From a virus, in the IMG/VR virus record IMGVR_UViG_3300035698_031678, positions 65,296 to 129,295 of that record: a stretch of 64,000 nucleotides of DNA, one strand, 5' to 3'. Positions 9,953 to 20,823 of this stretch are shown one piece after another. The notes under the pieces are model-generated. The model saw only the letters and a list, made by a program, of their open reading frames with translations, was not told the DNA's origin and made no database searches. The position numbers and the translations under genes were made by a program. Every line of letters begins with the position of its first letter. The stretch's first letter is position 1.

Positions 9953-11356
9953 ATGGACATGCAAATAATAGCTTCTAGTAGGCTAAGAATATCTCCAGTA
10001 TCTAATTTTATCTTTAGGGTGCTTAGTAGTTCAAATAAAACCTACGAGATCCCTACAATACCAGGAGGAACATATAATTATGGAGTACTTACTTCGGATG
10101 GACAATCATTTACTGGTCAAACGGGTAACCTTAATATAAATTTTGATGAACCAATTACAGAATACATTATTCAAATCACAGGGGTTTTCCCTAGCTTATA
10201 TATAAATAACTCAAGTACTCACAGAGATAAAATACTAGAAGTAATTACTTTTGGAATATATGGTTTAAACTCTACAACTCAAATTGGAGCATTTTTTGGG
10301 GCAAACAACTTGATTATCACAGCTACTGATGGTAGCAATTTTGGCACAGTAAAAGACTTTAGCAGTACATGGTATAATTGTACTGGATTAACTTCTTTTC
10401 CTCTTATAGATACTTCAGGTGGAAATAACTTTAGTAACACTTGGAGAGGTTGTCAAGCTTTAACTTCATTCCCAGCTTTAGACTTTACAGGAACACAGTC
10501 CCTAAGTCTTACTTGGGTTAACTGTACTGGACTAACTTCGTTTTCTCTTATAAGTACAGCAGGAGTGCAGAACTTTCAATACGCATGGTATAATTGCAAT
10601 TCATTACCATCATTCCCACTTATAGACATGAGTAGTGCTACTACCCTAACTTTAACATGGTATAATTGTACTGAATTAATGTCATTTCCACAAGTAGATT
10701 TATCTAACTGTGTATCACTTAGTAACACTTGGAGAAACTGTACGAGATTAACTTCATTCCCACTATTAGATACATCTAGTTGTTCTTCGTTTAGCCTTAC
10801 TTGGAGCAATTGTAATAGCCTACCTTCATTTCCTCTTATAGATATTAGTAGTTGTATTAGTATGAATAGTACTTGGCAAGATTGCTCTGGACTAAAATCT
10901 TTCCCATTAATAGATTTTAAGAACGTTACTACTCTTAATAACACTTGGAGAGGGTGTTCTGAATTAAATACATTCCCACTTATAAATACTGCTAAAGTAA
11001 GAAATTTTCTCCATACTTGGAGAGGGTGTTCTAAATTAACTTCATTCCCTTCAATATCCTTAGCAGAAGCCACTGGCACTGGGCTTTCTGATACTTGGAG
11101 AGATTGTACATCTTTAAGTGATTTCCCTTCAGAGATTTTCGAAGGAATAGGTGTGAACAGATTTGATAGAACTTTTATGAATACTGATTTGAGCAAGAGT
11201 TCAATAGATAAGATATTATTAGCTATTGACTCTAACGAAAATAGTAATGGCATTTTCTTTCAAAGTGGAGGTTCTGCTCCTTCAATAACAGGAACAAAAG
11301 CTATAGATAGGCTAAGGGGTAGAGATTGGGATATAACAGTAACAGGAGGTTATTAA
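9953..11356 (+). CDS. BspA/DUF285-like repeat adhesin (receptor-binding candidate)
   Basis: about 11 tandem 24-aa repeats TWxxCxxLxSFPLID. Confidence 0.75.
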   Translation: MDMQIIASSRLRISPVSNFIFRVLSSSNKTYEIPTIPGGTYNYGVLTSDGQSFTGQTGNLNINFDEPITEYIIQITGVFPSLYINNSSTHRDKILEVITFGIYGLNSTTQIGAFFGANNLIITATDGSNFGTVKDFSSTWYNCTGLTSFPLIDTSGGNNFSNTWRGCQALTSFPALDFTGTQSLSLTWVNCTGLTSFSLISTAGVQNFQYAWYNCNSLPSFPLIDMSSATTLTLTWYNCTELMSFPQVDLSNCVSLSNTWRNCTRLTSFPLLDTSSCSSFSLTWSNCNSLPSFPLIDISSCISMNSTWQDCSGLKSFPLIDFKNVTTLNNTWRGCSELNTFPLINTAKVRNFLHTWRGCSKLTSFPSISLAEATGTGLSDTWRDCTSLSDFPSEIFEGIGVNRFDRTFMNTDLSKSSIDKILLAIDSNENSNGIFFQSGGSAPSITGTKAIDRLRGRDWDITVTGGY

Positions 11357-11373
11357 TTAATAAAAAACGAGAC

Positions 11374-12003
11374 ATGAAAATAAGACATGAAGGAACAGAT
11401 AAAGTAACTTACACTCAATGGGGTGAAAGACTAGCAGGCTTTATGAATAACCCAAACAGGATTACAAGTAATAACCAACCAGAAAATAAAGATAGCTACC
11501 CTAGAATTGATATTGATATATTCAGTGTAATAGATGGTTTTGAAGCAAAAGTAAGATACTATCAAACCTTCAATCCTAATGAAGAACTTACAAAAGTTCA
11601 AAGAGATCAACAACTTGAAATAATTTTAATAAAAGCAAACCATGAGAACGTTCTTATTAATTCTGGCATAGAGCTTACAAATGAAGCCAACCATCAAATA
11701 AATCAAGATAATCCAGGCGAAGATTCCATAGTTCCTATTAATCTTGTTGAACTGCTAACTATTGATCAAGTATCATTACCTATAGTGCCGTTTAAAACTA
11801 GATTAATATTTAGTTATCCTTATAAATCGAATTTAGAAAAAACCCACGCAATGTTAACAGCAGAAGGGGACAACCCAGAATTAAAAGACCTTAAAGGTCT
11901 AGAACTAGTAAGAGGTCTATTAAAAATAATGGTAATGGCAGATATATTGGAAAACAATGTATTTGGGCTAACTAAAGAAAAATGGGTTCAATCATTAATA
12001 TAA
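11374..12003 (+). CDS. hypothetical protein (start adjusted to MKIRHEG)
   Basis: ORF following the adhesin. Confidence 0.5.
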   Translation: MKIRHEGTDKVTYTQWGERLAGFMNNPNRITSNNQPENKDSYPRIDIDIFSVIDGFEAKVRYYQTFNPNEELTKVQRDQQLEIILIKANHENVLINSGIELTNEANHQINQDNPGEDSIVPINLVELLTIDQVSLPIVPFKTRLIFSYPYKSNLEKTHAMLTAEGDNPELKDLKGLELVRGLLKIMVMADILENNVFGLTKEKWVQSLI

Positions 12004-12007
12004 AGTT

Positions 12008-12502
12008 ATGAAATTAAAATCTACATCAAACTATTTTAAGCAATCTAAGGCTAACCTTTTGTTGTGCTATAAAGACATGTTATGGATCCTGGAAAACAGA
12101 GGATTTTCAGAGAAAGAAATTGGCTATTTTGAATCATCTTACAATTATTTTTGTCTATTTCCAGATGAATATGATGGTGCTACAGCTACTCAAGATCTTG
12201 TAGACGTTCCAGCTAAAGAATTAGGCTATGATGGTCTAGAATTTTCTTCTATGGTTCATGACTGGATATATGTTTCCCTAAGGGCTAGATACTCTGTAAT
12301 TCAAATGAGAGCTGCTGATGAAATAATGGAAATTATTATGAAAAAAATGAATAAGAGCAAATTTGAAATAACATGGAGATTATTTAGATTAGCCATCATT
12401 AGAAGACCATTTGCTATATGGAATACTTTAAAAACTTGGTTTAAAATTAAACCCCTAGCAGATTTGATTAATGAGATGTATATAATTTTTGTTAAAATTT
12501 AG
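12008..12502 (+). CDS. DUF1353-like protein
   Basis: YDGAT...MVHDWIY...ADE motif. Confidence 0.55.
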   Translation: MKLKSTSNYFKQSKANLLLCYKDMLWILENRGFSEKEIGYFESSYNYFCLFPDEYDGATATQDLVDVPAKELGYDGLEFSSMVHDWIYVSLRARYSVIQMRAADEIMEIIMKKMNKSKFEITWRLFRLAIIRRPFAIWNTLKTWFKIKPLADLINEMYIIFVKI

Positions 12503-12504
12503 AT

Positions 12505-13032
12505 ATGAAAACAATAAAAACAGTACTAGAAAATTTTTCAACAATAAGACCTTTTGTTGTGTTTTTGTTGTGTTTATTAGTAACAATAATATCTATAAGA
12601 AACTCTAATGACGAAACTGCAAAAACAACTAGGTCTGTAGTTTTTTGGCGTTTGATGCCTACTTCTATATTATTGTTAGGTTTTAATCAGCTCTCAAATC
12701 TTTTTCTAGAGATACCAATAATAAGCGTTTTAAGTTCAATATCTTTAACTTTGCTGATTCCAATATTATCTTATTTTATATACTCTATACAGAAAAATAG
12801 GAAACATTGGAACGAACTTAAAACTAGTTCGGAAGTTAGCAAAATAATTAATGACAACAATATAAAGCTTTCCGACTTTGTTTTTGAAGTTTTAAATTCA
12901 AAAATTAGTAAAGCTGAAATTATAATTGAAATGGAACTGTTAAAAAGAAAATGTATTGAGGCTAACATAGAAGAACAAAGTTGCGATATAGCTGAGCTTA
13001 TGATAAATATGCTAAATAAGAAAAATGCTTAA
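12505..13032 (+). CDS. membrane protein (holin/antiholin candidate)
   Basis: three hydrophobic segments; close to the endolysin. Confidence 0.45.
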   Translation: MKTIKTVLENFSTIRPFVVFLLCLLVTIISIRNSNDETAKTTRSVVFWRLMPTSILLLGFNQLSNLFLEIPIISVLSSISLTLLIPILSYFIYSIQKNRKHWNELKTSSEVSKIINDNNIKLSDFVFEVLNSKISKAEIIIEMELLKRKCIEANIEEQSCDIAELMINMLNKKNA

Positions 13033-13333
13033 TTTCTTACTGTCTTTTAATCAAGTTCCAATCGATACAGAAGGTTTTAAAGGACTGTTAACCTTAGAAG
13101 GAATAACCGCTGCTGGTTTATTAGTTTGTGTCTGTGTTTACATGGGCTGGCAATTGAGGATTGAAAGAAAAGAGAAAAAAATTGTAGAGTTAGCTAGACA
13201 AAAATCTGAAGAAGATAGGATTCAAGACATGAAAGATTATAACTTGAAATTTGAAGCAGTTGCTAAAGAACAGTTTAACTTTCTTAGCCAAATGAAAGAA
13301 CTTTTCTTAAATGTTAATAATACAATTAAATAA
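13025..13333 (+). CDS. single-TM coiled-coil protein, BhlA-like holin candidate
   Basis: GITAAGLLVCVCVYMGW followed by a charged coiled coil. Confidence 0.5.
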   Translation: MLNFLLSFNQVPIDTEGFKGLLTLEGITAAGLLVCVCVYMGWQLRIERKEKKIVELARQKSEEDRIQDMKDYNLKFEAVAKEQFNFLSQMKELFLNVNNTIK

Positions 13334-13821
13334 TGGAAATTTTAGAGATCAGTAAGTTAGAACAACACAAAGCTAACATAGATGAAACCATGAAAAGTAC
13401 ATCAATGGCTATTAACGAAGTTTTTAGTGATATGTTTTATGAGAGGTTTATAACAGGTCAAGATGTTAATTTTGACCTTCTACAATCTGTACTGTTTGAC
13501 AAGGTGGTTTCTATACCAGAAGTAAAAGGTGGGTATATTTACACAAAAAGAGTTGTTGTTAAAAATCCTAATAATAACATAAGGTATTACACTGATTGGA
13601 GTCCAGGAGCAACTGCTGTTAGACACTGCCATAGTGATGCTAATGAAAAAATAACATCAATAAACGGTAGGTATAAGTGGTTTATATTGTTAGAAAACGG
13701 TACTACTGATACAGGTTTTCTAAATCCTGGAGAGTTTTTAGAAATAAGTGCTGGAGTTTGGCATCAGATTACTGCAATTACAGGAGGAAACCTTCAAGCA
13801 GATTTCACTAAAGTAAGTTAG
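13333..13821 (+). CDS. cupin-domain protein
   Basis: HCHSDANE...LNPGEFLEISAGVWHQI cupin metal motif. Confidence 0.65.
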   Translation: MEILEISKLEQHKANIDETMKSTSMAINEVFSDMFYERFITGQDVNFDLLQSVLFDKVVSIPEVKGGYIYTKRVVVKNPNNNIRYYTDWSPGATAVRHCHSDANEKITSINGRYKWFILLENGTTDTGFLNPGEFLEISAGVWHQITAITGGNLQADFTKVS

Positions 13822-13864
13822 TAACTGAAACTAACTTTTGATATTCTTAAGGTAAATAGAAACA

Positions 13865-14218
13865 ATGAAAACAAAACTATTAAAAGTTTACGATGAAATT
13901 GCTGGAAGAATCTCTACTAAGAACTTAGAAGTTGATGAAATATTTGCAATTATAAAATTTCAGAAGGCTATAAAAGAAAAGATAGATGGTTCTAGAGAAG
14001 TTCAGATCTCACTTTTTAAACATTATGAGGTAAACCGAGACGAAGCTGGAAATCACGATTGGGCTGACCACGCTGACAAAGAAGAGATTACCAGTAAATT
14101 AAAAGACATAATGGAAATGGATCACGAGGTGTTTCTTGAAGGTGTTTCCAAAGAAAAACTAGTAGAGGCAAGCATAGGTATGAGTATAGCCCAAATAACT
14201 CTTTTGCTAGAAATTTAA
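13865..14218 (+). CDS. hypothetical protein (possible fiber chaperone-like)
   Basis: 117-aa ORF with TAAATA upstream. Confidence 0.45.
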   Translation: MKTKLLKVYDEIAGRISTKNLEVDEIFAIIKFQKAIKEKIDGSREVQISLFKHYEVNRDEAGNHDWADHADKEEITSKLKDIMEMDHEVFLEGVSKEKLVEASIGMSIAQITLLLEI

Positions 14219-14229
14219 AATTTAATATC

Positions 14230-14859
14230 ATGAAAATAAAAGAAACTTATTTAGCTAGTGGTGGTTTTATGCCAATGTTAGATGCTGGTCATGCTGGCAT
14301 GTCAATGGGAAGTTATGGAACACCTGGTAAACGTTCACCAGACTGGGATAAAGGTGTTTATTATGAAGGGATGGGTAACCGTTGGTTTGTCAATGACATA
14401 ATCAAAGAACTAGACCTTAGGAAAATACCTTATGCAACTGTTCATGATATTTATGATGATACTTCTCTTAGTAACAGAGTTAAAAATGCAAATGGCATCT
14501 TCAAGAAAAATCCTAAGGCTTATTTACTTAGCATCCACAGTAATGCTGGTGGTGGTACAGGATTCGAAGGATTTACCAGCGTTAATGAGACAATGAGTGA
14601 TGTTATTATTGAAAAATTCTTGCAAGCGCTCAAAGACGATTTTCCTGAAATGAAGCTGAGAAGTGACACAGTTGATGGAGACCTGGATAAAGAGGCTCAA
14701 TTTACAGTACTAACCGACACTCACTGTCCAGCAATGCTTTTAGAGTTTCTTTTTATGGACAACAAGAAAGACTACGATCTTCTATGGGATATGTCTTTTA
14801 GAAAGAGAATAGTTGATAGTACAGTTTGTGTTATAGAGAAGCTGTACAGAGGTAATTAG
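14230..14859 (+). CDS. N-acetylmuramoyl-L-alanine amidase (Amidase_3), endolysin
   Basis: LDAGH, E, SIHSNA and PAMLLEFLFMDN zinc-amidase motifs. Confidence 0.9.
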   Translation: MKIKETYLASGGFMPMLDAGHAGMSMGSYGTPGKRSPDWDKGVYYEGMGNRWFVNDIIKELDLRKIPYATVHDIYDDTSLSNRVKNANGIFKKNPKAYLLSIHSNAGGGTGFEGFTSVNETMSDVIIEKFLQALKDDFPEMKLRSDTVDGDLDKEAQFTVLTDTHCPAMLLEFLFMDNKKDYDLLWDMSFRKRIVDSTVCVIEKLYRGN

Positions 14860-14888
14860 AAAAAAAAAAAAAAAAGAAAAATTTACTA

Positions 14889-14928
14889 TTAAGTGCCATT
14901 ATTGAAAAAATTCGATAATGGCACTTAA
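14889..14928. terminator. long inverted repeat after the endolysin, preceded by a poly-A tract
   Basis: TTAAGTGCCATTATTGAA / TTCGATAATGGCACTTAA. Confidence 0.5.
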
Positions 14929-17900
14929 AATGGAAGAACAAACAAAAATGAAGAGACTTAAAGATTTTAAAGATCTTTTCAAATTCTGGGGTAATTTTTC
15001 TAATAAAACCAACAATAATAGAGTTACGGTGTACCTGGTTAGTGGATTAACTATGGGTTCAATTTCTACCGTAATAAGTAGAAAAATTAGATTACTCTTA
15101 GAAGAGCTTTCCGAAACAATTATCTTACATGATAAGGTTTGCTATACGGTAAGAGAACTTTACATTAAAGAAAATAGAACAATTATAATAACTAAAAGTA
15201 AAATTAACAAAATAAAATAATGGCAAATCTATCAAAACAAAAAGACCTATCTAAATCAGAATTAGGAGAGGTTCTAGACAATTACAGCACATTAATTAAA
15301 TTGCAAAACAACGAAGAAAACTACCTAGATGTATCTTTGAATAAATCATGTGTAGCTGGGAAAGTAAAACTTAGCAAAGTAACTACAAATGAAATGAGGT
15401 TTTACGATGGCAAAACTGTAAGTAGAAAAGGCGTGTTTTATGAATTTAAGATGGGTCGTTTTGGAATAATGGAATGGGTTATTATCAGAAAAATAGAAAT
15501 AATAAACCTATAATTATGGTGCTTAAAGAAATTGAAGAATTAGCAGATTTTTTTGACCATTTTGATGATGAAACTAAAAGGGCTAGAGATAATAAGGTAA
15601 CCATCTTAGAATCTGAAATTAGCAAAGTTTTATTAGAAAAAATACACCAGGTGATACTAGATGAATTCAGTATCGTCTTTTTCAAAAACAGGATTAGAAT
15701 GCTATTTCTGACAGGTACTGGGGCTTTTCACGAGAAGAGATTAGGGTACATAATGTTAAAACATAAACATGTTGGCACTAATGAAAGCGCTGAAGACAAA
15801 CTTATAAGGTTAGGCAAGAATAAACCTTATGAGAATTCCATGTACGCCATATCATTGAAATTCTTAGATACTAAGATTAAAAGACTAGAAAAAGTATTAT
15901 CTCTTACTAATTATGGGAAACAGACCGTTAGTACTGGAATTATTGAAGAGAATAAAAATCTTAAGACTAAACTGAAAGAATACAAATACAGATTAGGACT
16001 TAAAGAGCAAAAATCAAAATAACATGGTAACTAACTTAGAAGAGCTAAAACGATTTTTAGAAGGAAAGGGAATAAAACTTAAAGTACTTAGGACTGATGA
16101 ATTTCTTTCTATAGACGAAATAACATTCAAGTACTTTGATGGAAACAGATTTCTATCGATAAGAGGAATGGGATCTAACAAGCTGCAAGTTTTAAAAAAA
16201 GAAAGTACTGCTATAAACAAGGAAGAAGCTGAGACTAATAAAGAAAAAAAGATATTGCTGAAAGTAAAGTCTTTGTTAGAATCTGAAGTTCAAGATGGAG
16301 AACCAACTCTAAGACATTACAACGAACTTGTGGAATCAAGAAAATTAATGTCAAATCTGGTAGAAAAATGTGAATCAATAAGAGAGCTTTATCACCAAAA
16401 TTGCGTTACAGCAGTACCAGGTAGAGTTAGAATAGAGTATTTAGGTGTTTACATTTCAGTAGACACTGAAAGAAGAATATTCATAAAAAGTGATGGAAAC
16501 ATTAATCTTTCAGAAAGCCTAGAAGACATAACAACAATGGTAGAAAACATAAAAAATGCTTAGTGTAAAACAAGGTCAGGGGATATACCTTGGGTTTTTT
16601 AGCAAAGATTGTCATTCATTTTCTATTAAAAAAAGTTATCTTAATTACTACTTTGGTAAAGAAGAGAATGAATTGGATCTTAGCATTTACTGTTCGTGTT
16701 TACTTTCTTATGAAGGCAGTTTAATGAAAGCCTTACTAAATGCGGAAAGATGGCTATCGTATAGTGATGGATTATTTTGGGATTATGAAGAAGAAAATTA
16801 TTCTTTGGAAGACCCTATAGATTCATTTAAGTCTTTAGCGTTTGCTAATGACATAAACATTGATGGAATTGACGAAGATTCTGTAGCACACATAGTGTTA
16901 ATAAAAACTAATTGAAATTGTGACAGAATTTAGCATAAAAAGATCTTTAAAAGATCACTATTTATTTGAATATCCAATAAAACAATTGATAGAAACCTTT
17001 GTACTTTTATTCAAACAAGAAAAGCAAGAACTTGTAAGACAATTTGAAAACAGATTAGAACCTATTTATGGTGAACAAAATTTTAGTAGTACTGTCTTTA
17101 ATATAAGCGATATAATTGTTTTTAAATATTTCAATGATAGATTAACCTTTGCTGATAAAGCCTTTATCAGATGTGAAAAATTCAAAGAATATCCATTTTC
17201 AAATAAAATTAATGATTTAGAAGAGGGTCAACATCATGATAGAAGAAAACGTAATAAAGGGGTATAGATATTTGGTGCAACTAAGTATAAAACAAGACCA
17301 TTTTATGTTAAATATGTGGGATTACATAGAAAGTATAAAAACATTAGAAGAAGCGAATTCATTATGTGATGGACTGTTTGACAAAACGGTGCATAAATTA
17401 CAATTAGTTGACTTGGAGAAAGATGAAATTATTAAAACCTGGACTTAGCGCCTTAATTATTTATAAAATCACGAATTAAAACCAATCAGAATGAGTAAAA
17501 AAGCGGTTATATTAAAAGGACATATATGGACTGTAACTAAGCTAAAGTATCTCATAAAAAATGATGAGAGAGTATTAGAAAGGGCTATGATAAAAATAGA
17601 ATCTAGGCAAACAGATAGAGAATCTAAATACCATAGCACAAGTAACGCTAATGGAGTTGGTTTTTCAAAATTTGATGCAAAACCCATGGGTGACATTGTT
17701 AAAGCCATGAAAGAGGGTAGAACTAGTATGCCAGAGCAGTGGAATCATGCTAAGAACACAATGCCAAAATATGCTAGTCAGCTTTTTAAAATGATGATAG
17801 AGGATAACAACCTGACACAATTTCCTTTACCCATAGAGGACAACATAGTAAAGTCCTTAGATTATTGTTCTGCTTTATATGATTTAGTAGAACTCTATGG

Positions 17901-18036
17901 TGAAGGCATAGAATTTGCGTCATTGTTAAAACAGACTTCAGCAACTAAAAGAAATTTAGACAAAGCTGTAAACTTGCTAACATTACAAGGTAAGGTGTCA
18001 AGGATAGGCACAAAAATAGTAGCAACAACTAAGTAA
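14918..18036 (+). other. run of small hypothetical CDS (14918-15220, 15220-15513, ~15516-16022, 16024-16563, 16556-16915, 16920-17267, 17236-17448, 17491-18036)
   Basis: abutting or overlapping same-strand ORFs; the last has RQT..E....T...NGVGF..DA, a recurrent phage motif. Confidence 0.55.
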
Positions 18037-18073
18037 TGTGACATTCAGTCATAAGAAGTCATAAAATTAATAG

Positions 18074-18222
18074 TGACGTCATATTCTTTTGACAAAAAGT
18101 CATAAGTAATTGTATTTATGTTCTTCTTAAAAATTTCAATTTCAATATGACGTAAATACAAAACGGAACGATTTTTGAAAAGAAAATTTTGGAGATAATT
18201 CCGAAAATTTAAACAAACAATT
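18074..18222 (+). promoter_or_regulatory. conserved upstream element, copy 1 (putative early promoter/operator)
   Basis: closely matches the reverse complement of 43805-43953; GTCATA boxes. Confidence 0.75.
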
Positions 18223-18528
18223 ATGGCAACTAGAGAAATCACAAAAGTAACACTACAAAACTCGATAGGAGAAAGAGGAGTTACAATCTTTAATCAGTAC
18301 AACAATGACTCAAGTGACAACAGTTCAAAATTCTACAGAGATCCAGAAGAGGCTCTTTCTGCAGTAAGCAAAACACTAGAAGGTAGCATTTACTTTCCTT
18401 GTAATTGCAAAGGATATAACATTATAAGTTTTTTAGAAGATGGAGAAAAATTAGAAACTTTCATGGAAAAAGATAAACTAAAAGAATTCGTTGCCATTTT
18501 CCAGAAAAATAGTAAAGATATTCTATAA
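18223..18528 (+). CDS. hypothetical protein, possibly early
   Basis: starts directly after the conserved element. Confidence 0.55.
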   Translation: MATREITKVTLQNSIGERGVTIFNQYNNDSSDNSSKFYRDPEEALSAVSKTLEGSIYFPCNCKGYNIISFLEDGEKLETFMEKDKLKEFVAIFQKNSKDIL

Positions 18529-18583
18529 ACTTCCTACTAATAGTAGATTTCCAAGAAACAACAAAAACATTAAAACGAACGCA

Positions 18584-18754
18584 ATGAAAACATTTGAACT
18601 TACAATATTTAAAGGAAACGAAAGAAAACAAACAAAGACAGTTAAAGTAAGTAGTCAAGAGGATTTAAAAGCTCAAAAAAATGGGTTTTGGTTGGAGTCA
18701 CCTTATAATAAAGCGAATCCAAAAAACTGGATGGGAACAAAAAGAATAAGATAA
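18584..18754 (+). CDS. small hypothetical protein (MKTFELT...)
   Basis: ATG in A-rich context inside the track ORF 18491-18754. Confidence 0.45.
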   Translation: MKTFELTIFKGNERKQTKTVKVSSQEDLKAQKNGFWLESPYNKANPKNWMGTKRIR

Positions 18755-18786
18755 AAAGATTTTAACAACCCCTTTAAAACTAAAAT

Positions 18787-20823
18787 ATGGAAATAGTAAA
18801 AACTAAAAGTTCTCTCAAGTCAAAGAAAGAAGGTTTGAGAGATTACCAAGTCGAAGATAAAAAAAGCATATTAGAAGCGTTAAAAGCGCACCAATCAATA
18901 ATTTATTCTCTGCCTACTGGTGGTGGTAAAAGCGTTGTAGCTGCTGATCTGATAGATGATTACGTAAAAGAGGGTAAAAGAATATTCTTCACAGTACACA
19001 GAAGAAAGCTTCTTAAGCAAATGCAGTCTCATTTAGACAGTAAGAACATTGAGTCTGGTTTCTTATACGGTAAAGACACAAGTGTGTTAGACAAGCAAGT
19101 TGCTATGGGTTCTATAAACACTGCACAAAGATCTGACAGATTGTTTCTTATAGCTGACCAAAAATATGACGTACTTTTCATAGACGAAGCCCACAGAGCG
19201 ATTTCTACTGGTTATAACAAACTGATAGAAGAAATGGTACTAGCAAACCCTGAAATAAAAATAATAGGTCTTACTGCTACACCATACAGACTAGATAAAA
19301 AAGACCTTTCTAAAAACTTCCAACTGATAGTAGAGTCACAGGAAACAACAGAAACTCTTATACAGAAAGGTTACTTAGCAAACTATAGAATTTATTCAAC
19401 ACCTACCCACTTATTCAATAACGAAGTAGAGACTAATTCTAATGGAGATTTTAGAATGAGTCAGATGTCTCAATACATGAGAAAGAAAGAACTCATGGAT
19501 TACGCAATAGAGAGCTATAAAAGGTATGCTGACAATAAGCAAATGTTGGTGTACTGTGTTGATGTTGACCATGCTAGAGCAACTGTTAATTCTTACGTAG
19601 AAGCTGGGTATACTAGTATTGATATTATTACTGGTAAAACACCAGAAGGGAAAAGAAACCAACTATATGACAACTTTGAGTCAGGTGATCTAAGAATACT
19701 AGTTTCAGTAGAGACTATGACAGAAGGTGTAGACTTACCAATGTGTAGTGTAATTCAGTCTCTAAGACCTACCAAATCTCTTACACTTTACTTACAGATG
19801 ATTGGTAGAGGAATGAGACCTTACGGTGATGAAGAGCTAATAATACTAGACAATTCCATGAACTATTCTAGGTTAGGTACACCTATTACTAAGAGAGAAT
19901 GGAGTCTAAGCTCTGAAAAATCAGGTAAAACTGTTAAAGACAAGTCAAAAGTGCTGGTTAAAATAGGTGATGATGGGAAATATCACATAGCAGATGAAGC
20001 TGAAGATGTTGATTTTGGTCAAATAATAGAAATGGATTTTGGAGCGTTATCAGAGCAAAGCAGTGCAATGATAGAATTAGCCGAAAAGAGTAACAAAAAC
20101 GTAATTAGTAAGCACCAAGGAGAAATCGCAGACTTGGTTATTTGGATTATGAAAGGTTCTGACCAATACGAAAATTGGAAAATAGATAAGGAGTACCTTA
20201 AGCAACACCTAACATATTCTAGTGGTTACCATCTTAACAAAATAAAGTTTATTAGAGCTGACAAGAACAGTCAAAACTTGAGTAGCGCTGCATTATATTT
20301 TAATTTTAATGAGGGCTTAGCTAGGTTGGAAATAAACCTACAACAGCAATACCATCCAGAATATTCTGAAGAACTAAGAGTTACAGCAGATTATGGAAAA
20401 ATTGCAGGCTTCATCTACAAAGAAAGAAAGCATATTTCCAAAAAAGTAATAAGAATAGCAGAAAAGAAAACAGAAGTTACAGACTTACAAGCTATGAAGC
20501 AAAAGATGAGGGAAAATAAGGAAGCTATGAATGAGAAGAAAATTGCTGACGCCATAGAACAAGGCAAAAGCATAAAGCTAATGGAAAAATTCAATCCATC
20601 CTTTTATAACTCTGCTAAGTACAACTCTAATTGGTTTACAGAGGTTATTATAAGGTTCAACAACCAATCTACCTTACTAGTGAAAAACAGGGTTTCTATA
20701 TTCGGAATAGACACATCTTGGTACAATAGAGAAAGTGAAGAACAAAAGTTAATAATAGAGACTAACTACATGCCAAAAGAAAGATTAATGGAAATCATAA
20801 AATCAGGATATGAAATTATTTAG
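18787..20823 (+). CDS. SF2 DEAH-box helicase (RadD/UvsW-like)
   Basis: LPTGGGKS, IDEAH, GLTATP, TEGVDLP and QMIGRGMR motifs. Confidence 0.9.
   Translation: MEIVKTKSSLKSKKEGLRDYQVEDKKSILEALKAHQSIIYSLPTGGGKSVVAADLIDDYVKEGKRIFFTVHRRKLLKQMQSHLDSKNIESGFLYGKDTSVLDKQVAMGSINTAQRSDRLFLIADQKYDVLFIDEAHRAISTGYNKLIEEMVLANPEIKIIGLTATPYRLDKKDLSKNFQLIVESQETTETLIQKGYLANYRIYSTPTHLFNNEVETNSNGDFRMSQMSQYMRKKELMDYAIESYKRYADNKQMLVYCVDVDHARATVNSYVEAGYTSIDIITGKTPEGKRNQLYDNFESGDLRILVSVETMTEGVDLPMCSVIQSLRPTKSLTLYLQMIGRGMRPYGDEELIILDNSMNYSRLGTPITKREWSLSSEKSGKTVKDKSKVLVKIGDDGKYHIADEAEDVDFGQIIEMDFGALSEQSSAMIELAEKSNKNVISKHQGEIADLVIWIMKGSDQYENWKIDKEYLKQHLTYSSGYHLNKIKFIRADKNSQNLSSAALYFNFNEGLARLEINLQQQYHPEYSEELRVTADYGKIAGFIYKERKHISKKVIRIAEKKTEVTDLQAMKQKMRENKEAMNEKKIADAIEQGKSIKLMEKFNPSFYNSAKYNSNWFTEVIIRFNNQSTLLVKNRVSIFGIDTSWYNRESEEQKLIIETNYMPKERLMEIIKSGYEII

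Noticed and set aside
10576-11253. 225-aa antisense ORF, and similar shadows such as 31734-32048, 43362-43787 and 2125-2481
   Set aside because: Opposite-strand shadows of repetitive or clearly real genes
9953-11356. Diversity-generating retroelement target
   Set aside because: No reverse transcriptase and no template repeat differing only at adenines in the window
18045-18242. 65-aa minus-strand ORF
   Set aside because: Overlaps the conserved non-coding element and has no protein-like features
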